Source of the DNA: Polyangiales bacterium
GTDB taxonomy: Bacteria > Myxococcota_A > Polyangia > Polyangiales > Polyangiaceae
Direction of reading: 5' to 3'
Assembly (NCBI GenBank): GCA_038230375.1
Contig: JBBRNJ010000030.1
Coordinates: 1-64,000 of the forward strand
DNA: 64,000 nt
Position 1 is the stretch's first letter; each line of letters begins with the position of its first letter. The position numbers and the translations under genes are program-made. The notes below the pieces were generated by a model that had not been told where the DNA came from, ran no database searches, and saw only the letters and a list, made by a program, of their open reading frames with translations. Below, piece after piece: positions 48,918-57,981 of this stretch.

Positions 48918-49141
48918 GAGAGCTCCCGGTCGCTGGATCCTGTAGGTACGTTGCCGTCGCTCGTTCCGGATTCATCGCCTTCGCCGCTCTCGCCGGTTGC
49001 GCCGGCGGGCACGCGATATACCTCGTTCAGCCACTTGCCCAGGTCCACGGTCTTGCACCGCGTGCTGCAGAAGGGAAACGCCGCGTTCGTCTTTCGAGGC
49101 GCCGACGCCTTCCTGCAGGTCGGGCACTGAGCCGAAGTCAT
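48914..49141 (-). CDS. yacG: DNA gyrase inhibitor YacG
   Basis: CPTC...FPFCSTRCK.VDLGKWL.E.YRVP. Confidence 0.93.
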   Translation of the reverse strand: MTSAQCPTCRKASAPRKTNAAFPFCSTRCKTVDLGKWLNEVYRVPAGATGESGEGDESGTSDGNVPTGSSDRELS

Positions 49142-49167
49142 GGGGTCGATGATAGCATCACGGTCGG

Positions 49168-50799
49168 ATGAGTGAAGCGCGGATGCCCGCACGCAGCCCT
49201 TCGACGCGAAGGGCGCGTTCGACGCCGGCGGCCTGGCCTCGCGCGGCGGTCTCCGTGTTCCTGCTCTTGTCCATGCTGGTCGGCGCGTTCCTCGGTGATC
49301 GGTACATCTCGCGCCTCCCGAACCACGCGGGCTATTTCCTGGTCGCAGTGGAAGACCACGTGCGCGCGCCGATGGTCACGCCGCGACCCAGGCACACCGT
49401 CGTGATCGTCGTGGATGGGCTGCGCATGGACTCCGCGGAGACGATGACGTCCACGAAGCGGTTGCTCGAGCATGGGCAGTGTCGCGTGTCGGACCAGGGC
49501 GGATACACGGTGTCGCGCCCGATCTATGCGCTGCTGTCGACGGGGCTGGAGGTGGACCGAACGGGCTCACGCAACAACGACAGCGCGGCGCCGCTGGTCG
49601 CGGAGTCCATCTGGCAGGTCGCGCGCGAGGCGGGCCTGCGCGTGTCGGGAAGCAGTCATCTGCCGTGGTTCCGCGAGCTCTTTCCCGACGGCTTCGATCG
49701 CTTCACGCTCGCCAGGTCGCACGAGGACGACGTCTTCGCGACGCCGGAGGGCCTGCTCGACGTGAACCTGTTCCACCCGCTCTACGTCGATGAGGCCGGA
49801 CATCAGACCGGCGCGGCGTCCCCGGAGTACAAGGCGACCGTGGCGCGCGCGGATGTCGAGATCGGGCGGCTGCTCGATCGGCTGGACCTCACGCGAGACC
49901 TGGTGGTGCTCACGGCGGACCACGGGCACCGCGACGCTGGAGGCCACGGCGGTGCGCAGCCGGAGATCGCGCGCGTGCTCACGTGCTTCGCGGGCGCGCG
50001 GATCGAGAAGCGCGATGACAGGCTCGCGATGGACGCAAGAGCGACCGCGCCTTCACTCGCAGTGCTCCTGGGTCTCCGGTTTCCGCGTCACATGCGCGCG
50101 GGCGACGACGTGCTCGACCAGGGCTTCGCGTGGACGGTCGACGACGCGAGCGACACGGCGTATCTCGCGGATCGCCACGAGGCGGTCGCGCGTTTCCGCG
50201 CGGAGAACGCCGCGGCGCTCCAGAGATGGCTTGGCGATGCACCGGGTACGTGGCCACGGCTGTACGCGCGAGAGGAGGCCGCGCAGACAAAACGCGCCGC
50301 GGCGATCCTTGCGCTGGGCGTTGTCCTTCTACTCGTTCGGCTCTGGCAGACCACACGTGCGACCGGAGTCGGTTGGGGAAGGGCGGCGCTGGTAATGCTC
50401 ACGTGGCTCCCCGCGCAGGTCGGGACGATCTGGATCGCGCATCAGCTTGTGCTCGGTGACTTCGACTACACGGTGATCAACCTGAAGGCGCGCTACGTGC
50501 CGCGCGCGTTCGCCGTGGTCCTGCTCGCGGGCGGCTTCTCGTCGTTCGCGAGCTTGAGACAGGGGCGCACGTGGGCGGGGATCGCGGACAACGCGGTCAC
50601 GTTCTGTGCGCTGCTGCTTCTGTGCAACCTGGGTCACATCTTCGTCTACGGGTGGCCGCTCGGGTTTCCATTGCCGCCGCCCGCGGCCCGGTATTTCCCG
50701 TTCTTTGGTGCCATCGCGCAGGTGGGGTTCGGTGTGCTCGCGCTGGTCGCGATGGGCATGGCTGCTCGCGCGCGCGGGCGCGGCTCAGGTCGGCGTTGA
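49168..50799 (+). CDS. Alkaline-phosphatase-superfamily membrane protein (phosphotransferase-like)
   Basis: VIVVDGLR.D, TVSRP, DEAGH, TADHGH; N-terminal TM and several C-terminal TMs. Confidence 0.88.
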   Translation: MSEARMPARSPSTRRARSTPAAWPRAAVSVFLLLSMLVGAFLGDRYISRLPNHAGYFLVAVEDHVRAPMVTPRPRHTVVIVVDGLRMDSAETMTSTKRLLEHGQCRVSDQGGYTVSRPIYALLSTGLEVDRTGSRNNDSAAPLVAESIWQVAREAGLRVSGSSHLPWFRELFPDGFDRFTLARSHEDDVFATPEGLLDVNLFHPLYVDEAGHQTGAASPEYKATVARADVEIGRLLDRLDLTRDLVVLTADHGHRDAGGHGGAQPEIARVLTCFAGARIEKRDDRLAMDARATAPSLAVLLGLRFPRHMRAGDDVLDQGFAWTVDDASDTAYLADRHEAVARFRAENAAALQRWLGDAPGTWPRLYAREEAAQTKRAAAILALGVVLLLVRLWQTTRATGVGWGRAALVMLTWLPAQVGTIWIAHQLVLGDFDYTVINLKARYVPRAFAVVLLAGGFSSFASLRQGRTWAGIADNAVTFCALLLLCNLGHIFVYGWPLGFPLPPPAARYFPFFGAIAQVGFGVLALVAMGMAARARGRGSGRR

Positions 50800-51435
50800 A
50801 GCGAGCACCACAGCGTGCTCGATGCGGTCCATGCGAAACTGGCGAGCCTCGCCCTTGCCCAGGTCGTCGCAGTTGAGCAGCGTGGTGCCGCGCTCGAACG
50901 TGACGTTGCGGACGCGAACGTCGCGCTCCGTGACCTCATAGCTGTTGCCCGCGCCGCGGTAGCGGATGTGGAGGACGGCGCGCTCGAACCAGGCCTGCTC
51001 CACCGCGCGCCGCACCTGCGGAGGCGCCGCGAGCGCGGGCACGCCCACGAACGAGAGCTCCTTCATATGAGCGATGAGCTCCCGCTGCGCAGACGTGGTG
51101 AGCGCGCCCTGCACCTTGTCCATCGCGGACGAGAGCGTCTCCAGGAACGGCACGAGCCGCATCTCCTTCGCGTAGCGAGCGACGGTGAGCAGAACGGCGG
51201 CCTCGCGCGCGGTGAAGTTCACGGGAGGCAGCGTGTAGCTCTTGTCGAGCGAGTACCCACCACCGCGACCGCGCTCGGCGCGAACGGGCAAGCCAGCGTC
51301 GCGGAGGGCGTCGAGGTCCCGATAGATCGTGCGGAGCGTGACGTCGAAGCGCTCAGCGAGGGTCTCGGCGGTGACGCCAGTGCGGCGACCGCGCATGAGC
51401 TCGGCGATGGCAAAGAGGCGTGCGCGCTGCTTCAT
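50785..51435 (-). CDS. YafY-like HTH-WYL transcriptional regulator (no WCX domain)
   Basis: RLFAI..L..., LAERFDVTLRTIYRDL..L...G.P, G.GGGY.L, LPPVNFT..EA, RQFRMDRI. Confidence 0.93.
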   Translation of the reverse strand: MKQRARLFAIAELMRGRRTGVTAETLAERFDVTLRTIYRDLDALRDAGLPVRAERGRGGGYSLDKSYTLPPVNFTAREAAVLLTVARYAKEMRLVPFLETLSSAMDKVQGALTTSAQRELIAHMKELSFVGVPALAAPPQVRRAVEQAWFERAVLHIRYRGAGNSYEVTERDVRVRNVTFERGTTLLNCDDLGKGEARQFRMDRIEHAVVLASTPT

Positions 51436-51445
51436 CGAGGGCAAT

Positions 51446-51466
51446 CCTGACATCAAGATGACATGG
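51446..51466. promoter_or_regulatory. Imperfect inverted repeat, candidate operator of the WYL regulator
   Basis: CCTGACATC-AA-GATGACATGG, 10 bp upstream of the ATG; TGACA half-sites resemble those seen upstream of YafY-type genes. Confidence 0.55.
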
Positions 51467-51474
51467 AGCGCAAC

Positions 51475-51570
51475 ATCGACTTCGACTTCGACTTCGCCTT
51501 CGACTTCGACTTCGACTTCGACCTCGACATCGACATCGACTTCGACCTCGACCTCGACCTCGACCTCGAC
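51475..51570. repeat. Hexanucleotide microsatellite (HTCGAC) x16
   Basis: ATCGAC/TTCGAC/CTCGAC units, one TTCGCC variant; intergenic. Confidence 0.95.
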
Positions 51571-51578
51571 GCCGACGA

Positions 51579-52082
51579 TCAGAAGGCTTGCGTGAAGCCG
51601 AAGGAGAGCCCGCCTCGCGTGAGCGCGAGTCTTGGGATGAGCAGCGGCGGCGCGCTGGTTGCCGCGGGGAAGCGGGGCTGCGTTCTCTTGTAGAGGCCGG
51701 CTCCGATGAGCGCGAGGCCCGCGACCTCGCAGCCGAAGTAGAGGAGCTCCGTGCCCTGGATCAGCGCGGAGGGGACGTTGCACTGCGGCTCGTCGTGTCC
51801 GGGGCCGCAGTGCTGTTGCCCGAAGGCCTGATACCCGATGACGGGGCCCGCGCCCGGGATCATGTGCCACGCCCAGTGCGCGGACGGGCTGGTCGTTCCG
51901 ATGATGCCCCACTGCAGCGTGTCGGAGAACGTCGATGCAAGCGCGAGCGGGAGCCCGATCGTGAAGTATGGACTCGCAGCCTCATCATCCGCCCGCGCAC
52001 TGCTCGGCGTGAGCGCAACCGCGACGAGAACGAGAAGTCCCGCGGCGAAACGCACGCGCGGGCCGCTCGTCCTGCCGCTCAC
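51579..52082 (-). CDS. Small exported/membrane protein
   Basis: Signal peptide (ARA-DD), IPGAGPVI motif, hydrophobic segments, C-terminal ...LSFGFTQAF strand. Confidence 0.75.
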   Translation of the reverse strand: MSGRTSGPRVRFAAGLLVLVAVALTPSSARADDEAASPYFTIGLPLALASTFSDTLQWGIIGTTSPSAHWAWHMIPGAGPVIGYQAFGQQHCGPGHDEPQCNVPSALIQGTELLYFGCEVAGLALIGAGLYKRTQPRFPAATSAPPLLIPRLALTRGGLSFGFTQAF

Positions 52083-52086
52083 ACCC

Positions 52087-54435
52087 TCACTCCGCGCTGG
52101 CGCTGGCGGTGACGGTCTCGGCTTCCACGGGCGGCGGGAGGACGGCTTCGCCCTCGGGCAGGGCCTTCGGGGCTTCGTCCGTGAGGCAGCTCTCTGCGAG
52201 GAGCTCCGCCACGTCCATCTGCTTGATCTTCTCTTCCAGGTTCTGGCTCTTGATGCCGTCGGTGAGCATGGTCATGCAGAACGGGCAGCCGGAGGCGACG
52301 GTCTTTGCGCCCGTGTCGAGCAGCTGCAGCGTGCGCTTCACGTTCACGCGGTTGGTGTTCTGCTCCTCCATGAACATCTGCCCGCCGCCGGCGCCGCAGC
52401 AGAGGCCGCGCTGCTTGGTCCAGTACTCGGGCTCGACGAGCTCGACGCCGGGGATGCTGCGCAGGATCTCGCGCGGCGACTCGTAGACGTTGTTGTAGCG
52501 GCCCAGGTAACAGCTGTCGTGATAGACGACCTTGCCTGTGACTGCCTTCTTCGGGATGAGCTTCTCTTCGGCGAGGAGCCCAAGCAAGTAGTCAGTGTGG
52601 TGCACGACCTCGAGCTTCACGCCGAAGTCGGGATACTCGTTCTTCAGCGTGTTGAAGCAGTGCGGACACGCGGTGACGACTGTCTTCGCGCCGCCCTGGT
52701 CCTTGTAGCCGTTCAGCGTGGCGGCGTTCCCCTCGGCCATCATGGCGAAGAGGTACTCGTGACCGGCGCGGCGCGCGGGATCGCCCGTGCAGTTCTCTTC
52801 CTTCGCGAGGATGGCGAAGTCCACGCCGGCCTTCTGCATCAGCTTGGCCGTTGCGCGCGCGATCTTCTTCGCGCGGTCGTCGTAGCTGGCGGCGCAGCCC
52901 ACCCAGTAGAGGACCTCTGCGTTCGGCTTCTCCGCCATGGTGGGGATGCCAAGGCCGTCGCTCCACGCGCCGCGATCCATGCGCGAAAGGTTCCACGGGT
53001 TGCCGTTGGTCTCGATCGCCTGGAACGGCTTGCCCAGCTGCTGCGGGAACTCGTTCTTGATCATGACAAGGTTGCGCCGCATGTCGATGATCTTGTCGAC
53101 GTAGGAGATGAGGACCGGGCACTGCTCCTCGCACGCGCGGCACGTGGTACACGCCCAGAGGACGTCCGGATGGATGATGTTCGGGATGAGATCGATCGGG
53201 ACGTAGGTCTGGGGCCGCTTCACCTGCTCCAGCGCGATCGCGTTCTCCTCCGGGTCGACGATCACCTCGCCTTCCTTCGCGCTCGGAGAGACGCCGGCGC
53301 CGTTCGCCTTGTCTTTCGCCCAGAACATCTCCGACTCCACGAGCTCGCTCTCGTGCTCGTAGAAGTGGTCGCGCAGGGCGAGCGTGAATTGCTTGGGCGA
53401 GAGGATCTTGCCGGTGCGGTGTGCGGGGCAGTTGTCCGAACAGCGACCGCACTCCGTGCAGGTGTAGAAGTCGAGGATGCTCTTCCACGAGATGTGGGAC
53501 GCGCGCGCGATGCCAATGGGCAGGCTGGTCGGGTCCGGGTTCTCCGCAGCCGCCATCATCAGCTCGGCGAGCTTCTCCGAGCTGGGCGCGAGCGGGCGCA
53601 GGCGACCCGGCGGGTCCAGGTCACGGAAGAAGACGTTCGGGATGCCCGTGATGATGTGGAAGTGCTTCGAGTGCGGAAGGATGTTGAGGAAGATGAGGAC
53701 GAGCGACGAGTGCGTCCAGAAGCCGATCTTCGCGAACGCGATCAGGGCGCCGGCGCCGAGCTTGTGGAACATCATCGCGAACGCGGAGCCCGCGGGCGAC
53801 GGCCAGATGTGCCACTCCGCGTGCACCTCCGTGCCGATGGGCAGCGGCGCGACGATGGTGCGGATGGACTCACACTGCTGCGCCGTCGCGAGCAGGGAGC
53901 CCGGCGCGCACAGCTCGCCCTGCTTCTCCTGGAGGACGAGCGATGCGCCGTCGTACGCCATGTCGGCGAGCATCATGGTGATGATGATCCCGAGGATGAG
54001 CAGGCCCTCCCAGTGCAGCGTCATGCGCTTCTGCGGCTTGATGACGCGGAAGTAGACGAACACGAGCGCACCGAGCACGACGCCGATCGCGACGAGATCC
54101 TTCGCGAACTCGTACACGCGGCCAAGGGACGTCCCGGGCGACAGGAAGAACAGATTGAAGCTCGGGTCGATACCGCGACCCCACAGCATCAACGTCCGGA
54201 GCAGGAGCACCGAGAACCCGATGAAGATCATCAGGTGGGCGATACCGGCCGGCTGGTAGTACTGCATCTTCTCCTGGCGAAGCGCGTACCTGAAGACCGC
54301 AGCCAGGCGCTCCTCGATCCGGTCGAACCGATTCGCGGGCGCCCCCATGCGAAGCATCTGCCACCGACGTACGGCAGAGATCAAAAAGAGCGCGTGCGCT
54401 CCGACTATGAGCGAGATCATCGCAAGGGGCTGCAT
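52087..54435 (-). CDS. Membrane Fe-S oxidoreductase, FadF/HdrD-like (TM + 2x4Fe-4S + CCG domains)
   Basis: SKHFH, CTECGRC...CP, CTTCRACEEQCP, WVGC, CPHC, YHDSCYLGR, CCGAGGG, CPFC. Confidence 0.95.
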   Translation of the reverse strand: MQPLAMISLIVGAHALFLISAVRRWQMLRMGAPANRFDRIEERLAAVFRYALRQEKMQYYQPAGIAHLMIFIGFSVLLLRTLMLWGRGIDPSFNLFFLSPGTSLGRVYEFAKDLVAIGVVLGALVFVYFRVIKPQKRMTLHWEGLLILGIIITMMLADMAYDGASLVLQEKQGELCAPGSLLATAQQCESIRTIVAPLPIGTEVHAEWHIWPSPAGSAFAMMFHKLGAGALIAFAKIGFWTHSSLVLIFLNILPHSKHFHIITGIPNVFFRDLDPPGRLRPLAPSSEKLAELMMAAAENPDPTSLPIGIARASHISWKSILDFYTCTECGRCSDNCPAHRTGKILSPKQFTLALRDHFYEHESELVESEMFWAKDKANGAGVSPSAKEGEVIVDPEENAIALEQVKRPQTYVPIDLIPNIIHPDVLWACTTCRACEEQCPVLISYVDKIIDMRRNLVMIKNEFPQQLGKPFQAIETNGNPWNLSRMDRGAWSDGLGIPTMAEKPNAEVLYWVGCAASYDDRAKKIARATAKLMQKAGVDFAILAKEENCTGDPARRAGHEYLFAMMAEGNAATLNGYKDQGGAKTVVTACPHCFNTLKNEYPDFGVKLEVVHHTDYLLGLLAEEKLIPKKAVTGKVVYHDSCYLGRYNNVYESPREILRSIPGVELVEPEYWTKQRGLCCGAGGGQMFMEEQNTNRVNVKRTLQLLDTGAKTVASGCPFCMTMLTDGIKSQNLEEKIKQMDVAELLAESCLTDEAPKALPEGEAVLPPPVEAETVTASASAE

Positions 54436-54640
54436 GGGGCGACTTCATCTATAGGGACATGGCCCCCTGCGTCAACGCGAGTTCTTCCCCCTAAACGTGT
54501 CCTGCGGTCACTTCCGCTCTGGCCGTGGTCACCGGTGCATCCCGCAAGGCTGCGAGATCGCGCGCGCCCGTTCGTGGCACGGCGGCTGCTCCGCGCGGAG
54601 CACGATGCGAGCAGAGGCGTTGGTTGGTACACTTGACGCC

Positions 54641-55333
54641 ATGGTCAGCCCCACGGACCTTCCTCATGTGCGGCCCGTCAAGCCGCTCCTCTTTCCCGCA
54701 TCCGATCCGGAGTGGGACATGGGGCAATCGTGGATGCATGGTCGGCTGTGCGAGCTCGTTTACCAGGTGCTTCGCAACGCGGTCGGCGACGAGCACACGG
54801 TCGGTGAGGACAACTTCATCTACTTTCACGCCACCGATCCCGCGCGCAAGTGCGCGCCCGACGCGTTCGTGAAGCTCGGCGTGAGGCCAAGCCCCTTCGA
54901 GTCATGGAAGGTATGGGAACACGCACGCGGCACCCCAGAGCTGTGCGTGGAGGTCCTGAGCCCGAGTGACACGAAGGAGAAGCTGACCTGGGACGAAAAG
55001 CTTGAGCGCTACGCAGCCCTTGGCGTGGCGGAGGTGATCGCGTTCAACTCGGACGCGCCGCTGGGCTCGCGACTGTCGGCCTGGGACCGCATCGCGGACG
55101 ATCTCGTCGAGCGCGTGGTCCTTGCCGAGTCCACTCCGTGCGCGACGCTGGGCCTGTACTGGGTCGTCGTCAAAACCCGAGCGCCAAGCGGCGAGGAGCT
55201 GACCGCTGCCTTGAGGCTAGCGCGTGACGCGCGGGGTGCGGAGCTGGTGCCCACAAGAGCCGAGGCCGAGAAGGCCGCGGCCGATGCGGAGATCTCCCGC
55301 CTCCAAGCGGAGCTCGAAGCCGCGCGCCGCTGA
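54641..55333 (+). CDS. Uma2 (DUF820) family PD-(D/E)xK nuclease-like protein
   Basis: APDAFV, PELCVEVLS.S, K...YA.LGV.E; coiled-coil tail; start 54605 or 54641. Confidence 0.9.
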   Translation: MVSPTDLPHVRPVKPLLFPASDPEWDMGQSWMHGRLCELVYQVLRNAVGDEHTVGEDNFIYFHATDPARKCAPDAFVKLGVRPSPFESWKVWEHARGTPELCVEVLSPSDTKEKLTWDEKLERYAALGVAEVIAFNSDAPLGSRLSAWDRIADDLVERVVLAESTPCATLGLYWVVVKTRAPSGEELTAALRLARDARGAELVPTRAEAEKAAADAEISRLQAELEAARR

Positions 55334-55338
55334 GAACG

Positions 55339-57900
55339 TCACCCGTCCTTGTTGGTCGTCGGGTGGAGCCAGCCCTGGAACCAGGTGGCCGCTCCGACCT
55401 GCGTCAGATGCCGGTTCCCCCAGCCCATGTAGACCACGAAGTAATCGTGCGTGATGGAGATGGGGCCGCCGGTGATGCTCCAGAGCTGATACGTCGATGC
55501 GCCCCATCCCACCCCGAGCGGATAGTGAGTATTGCTGCTCCCCAGATCACCGATACCAAGGATGACCGGCCGGTGCTTGTTCGTCATCACGCCCTTGGCC
55601 TTCTCACGCCCCTCCGTGGTCGGCGCGAGCGCGCCGTCATAGTCGGCAGTGAGCGAGATGAGCGCGCGCCCCTGATAGTACTGAGAAGCCTGCGCCATGA
55701 CCTGCGGCAGGGTGTACCGCTCTCCGCCGTCCGTACAACCCGCCACTCCATCGTTGTTCAGGTAGCCGCGGATCTCCATTGTCATCTTCGCGGCATCAGC
55801 GTCCAGCATGTCCGTGTTGGGGTTATGAGAATTCGCGTGATTGGGATAGAACCACTCGGGCGCTACTGCCAAGTTCGATCCGGTGCGGGTGGCGCCGGTG
55901 CGGAAGAGTCCAGAGCCGTTCGCGGCGAAGGGATCGCCCGCAAACCCTGCTCGCACGTCGGCCCAGCCGTACATCATGGTCCAGGCCGTCGCGGCGCAGC
56001 CGCTGTAGCAGGGCGACGTGTTGGGCGCGCGCCGACCGATGATCTGGTCGTACTTGCGCACGTCGCGCATCGCCGCGGTCGGGTTGCCTTCCGGGTGCCC
56101 CCACGATTCGCCCGTGGTGGAGATGCACATCGGCAGGAAGAGGGTCTCGTCGTACACCGTCTTTTCGCACTGCTGACCAGGGGGCTGTGTGTCCCGCAGC
56201 AAGGCAAGCGAACCGGTGTCATAGCCCACCAGGTACCGGCTGGCGGCGGGTGAGTAGATCGCAAAATGCCCGTCGTGCGTCATCTCGATCCGGAAGAGGG
56301 CGTTGCGCTGTGGCGAGAGCGAGACTGGCGCCGCAGCGAGCATGAACTGGCCCGCAGCGCCTGGCACGGGGACGCCGTCGAGCGTACCGACCGTCGTGGT
56401 CACGACGAGCTCCTTCGCCGCGCCGCCCCCGGCAGGATGAAGCATGATCACATAGAGGCCGGTATCCGCGGGGACGATGCTCACCGAGCCAATCTCCTCG
56501 TAGGGAAGGCCAGCCGTCAGCAGACCCGCCGTGTCGACGCCGACGAACTGCTCGCTCCACGTGCGCAGGCGGAGGTGCCCAGGTGCGCACCCAAGGATGC
56601 TGTGGGGCGGCGAGCCGACGAGCTGGACGAGGGGCGAGCCCTTGTCCGTGGTGCACGCGTTGGCCACTGGAGGCGGCAGTGGCAGTGGCGTGTAGGTCAA
56701 GGCGGGCACCGGCGTCACCGGATGCGGCGTGGGCAAATTGCTTCCCTGCGTCGGTACCGGCAACCTCTTGCCACTGGGCAGAGGCGGGACCAGCCCGAGA
56801 AATGGAGAGCGAAGCCCCGCGAATCGAAGGTTCTCCTGCGATCCATCGTCGTAGTGAACGTCGACCCGCGTCTCCTCGCCATCTTGCGCGGCCTCCACGC
56901 CACCGACCAGATGGAGCACTTCGCGACCAGCAGCATCGCGACCACGGGTGACCATCACGGACGTGCCGGAGATGGTGACTGCCGCCTCGCCGCGGCCCTC
57001 CAGGAGCGCGAGCTGCCGCGCCGCGAACGGCTCCAGCAGCAAGGGCAGCTCCGCGAGCGCGCGCTCGTCGCGCCACGCATCCGCGGCGGCGCGTGTCGAC
57101 TGCATACGTCCCACGATCGCGTCCGTCGCGTGGTCGGCCTTGTAGTCTGCATACGACGTATACGATGCGGCAGAGATCGTGGTTCCCAGCTCGGGGATGC
57201 GATCCTCGTTCGCACCAGGCGACCGGAAGGCGTGCCCGGCGCGGCGCTCAGCGGGAAGGTCCAGGAGGGCCAGCGACAAGCCCGACGGCTTCATCGGAAG
57301 CATGCCGACCCGGGCGAGCTCGTCGCCGAGCGAGCCTTCAGCCGAGTAGGAGCCGACACCGTGCCGGACGACGCGCGCGAAGGAGCCTGCGCTGCGGCGA
57401 GCTTGCTCGAGCAACGTGAGCACATCCGGCCCACCTTCCTGCGCTTCGGGGATGGGGAAGTCGGTCGGCGTGACGGCAACGACGATGTACCCCGCATCGG
57501 TTCCATCCGCTGCCTGCACCGCGATCGCGTAGTGCGTGGGTGTTTTGGTGTCCGCCTGGAACATGGGGAGCGCCTCTTGCGCAAGGCCACGTGCCTTCTC
57601 CCACGCGCGACCCCGTCCGCGCTGTTCCGCAAGGTGACGTTCCGCGCGGCGTTGCACGTCAATCGAGAGCGACGCGATCGGCACCATCGGCGCCGTGGTG
57701 CGGCTTGCCGTGACGGGAGGATTTCCCGAGCTCGAATCGGCGGCAGGAGAGCCGGCGCGAGCGACGCCCGGCGCGGTCCCCACCGATGCGACAACGGCCA
57801 TCAGCACAACGCTGCCCCACATCCCGAGTCGTGCTGCGCGCATGAGTACCCTCCAAAATCGTGCTGTTAGACGGCGCCCCCCGTTGAAAAAGTCATGCAA
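55339..57900 (-). CDS. Secreted papain-fold cysteine protease, C10 (streptopain)-like
   Basis: CYSGCAATAW (Cys), THYPLGVGW (His), VYMGWG; GYIVVA...FPIPE prodomain-like motif; signal peptide; true start probably downstream (57843 or 57822). Confidence 0.75.
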   Translation of the reverse strand: MHDFFNGGRRLTARFWRVLMRAARLGMWGSVVLMAVVASVGTAPGVARAGSPAADSSSGNPPVTASRTTAPMVPIASLSIDVQRRAERHLAEQRGRGRAWEKARGLAQEALPMFQADTKTPTHYAIAVQAADGTDAGYIVVAVTPTDFPIPEAQEGGPDVLTLLEQARRSAGSFARVVRHGVGSYSAEGSLGDELARVGMLPMKPSGLSLALLDLPAERRAGHAFRSPGANEDRIPELGTTISAASYTSYADYKADHATDAIVGRMQSTRAAADAWRDERALAELPLLLEPFAARQLALLEGRGEAAVTISGTSVMVTRGRDAAGREVLHLVGGVEAAQDGEETRVDVHYDDGSQENLRFAGLRSPFLGLVPPLPSGKRLPVPTQGSNLPTPHPVTPVPALTYTPLPLPPPVANACTTDKGSPLVQLVGSPPHSILGCAPGHLRLRTWSEQFVGVDTAGLLTAGLPYEEIGSVSIVPADTGLYVIMLHPAGGGAAKELVVTTTVGTLDGVPVPGAAGQFMLAAAPVSLSPQRNALFRIEMTHDGHFAIYSPAASRYLVGYDTGSLALLRDTQPPGQQCEKTVYDETLFLPMCISTTGESWGHPEGNPTAAMRDVRKYDQIIGRRAPNTSPCYSGCAATAWTMMYGWADVRAGFAGDPFAANGSGLFRTGATRTGSNLAVAPEWFYPNHANSHNPNTDMLDADAAKMTMEIRGYLNNDGVAGCTDGGERYTLPQVMAQASQYYQGRALISLTADYDGALAPTTEGREKAKGVMTNKHRPVILGIGDLGSSNTHYPLGVGWGASTYQLWSITGGPISITHDYFVVYMGWGNRHLTQVGAATWFQGWLHPTTNKDG

Positions 57901-57981
57901 ACTGCGACGGAGTGCGTCCCCCGAACGGGGTACACCGAACGCACGAACCCTTCAAGATCACCGTCCAAGAGGCTCGACCCG

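Noticed and set aside
50785..51435. WYL gene as marker of an anti-phage defence island
   Set aside because: YafY-type architecture and no recognisable defence genes adjacent
51436..51912. Poly-(VE) extension of the WYL protein, and the FDFDFD/STSTST ORFs
   Set aside because: Translations of the hexamer microsatellite; the HTH domain starts at MKQRARL and the extension overlaps the upstream gene
51838..54636. 932-aa plus-strand ORF
   Set aside because: Antisense shadow of the Fe-S oxidoreductase
54641..55333. Uma2 gene as a mobile element or restriction system
   Set aside because: No terminal repeats, integrase or methyltransferase nearby; the family is commonly expanded in such genomes
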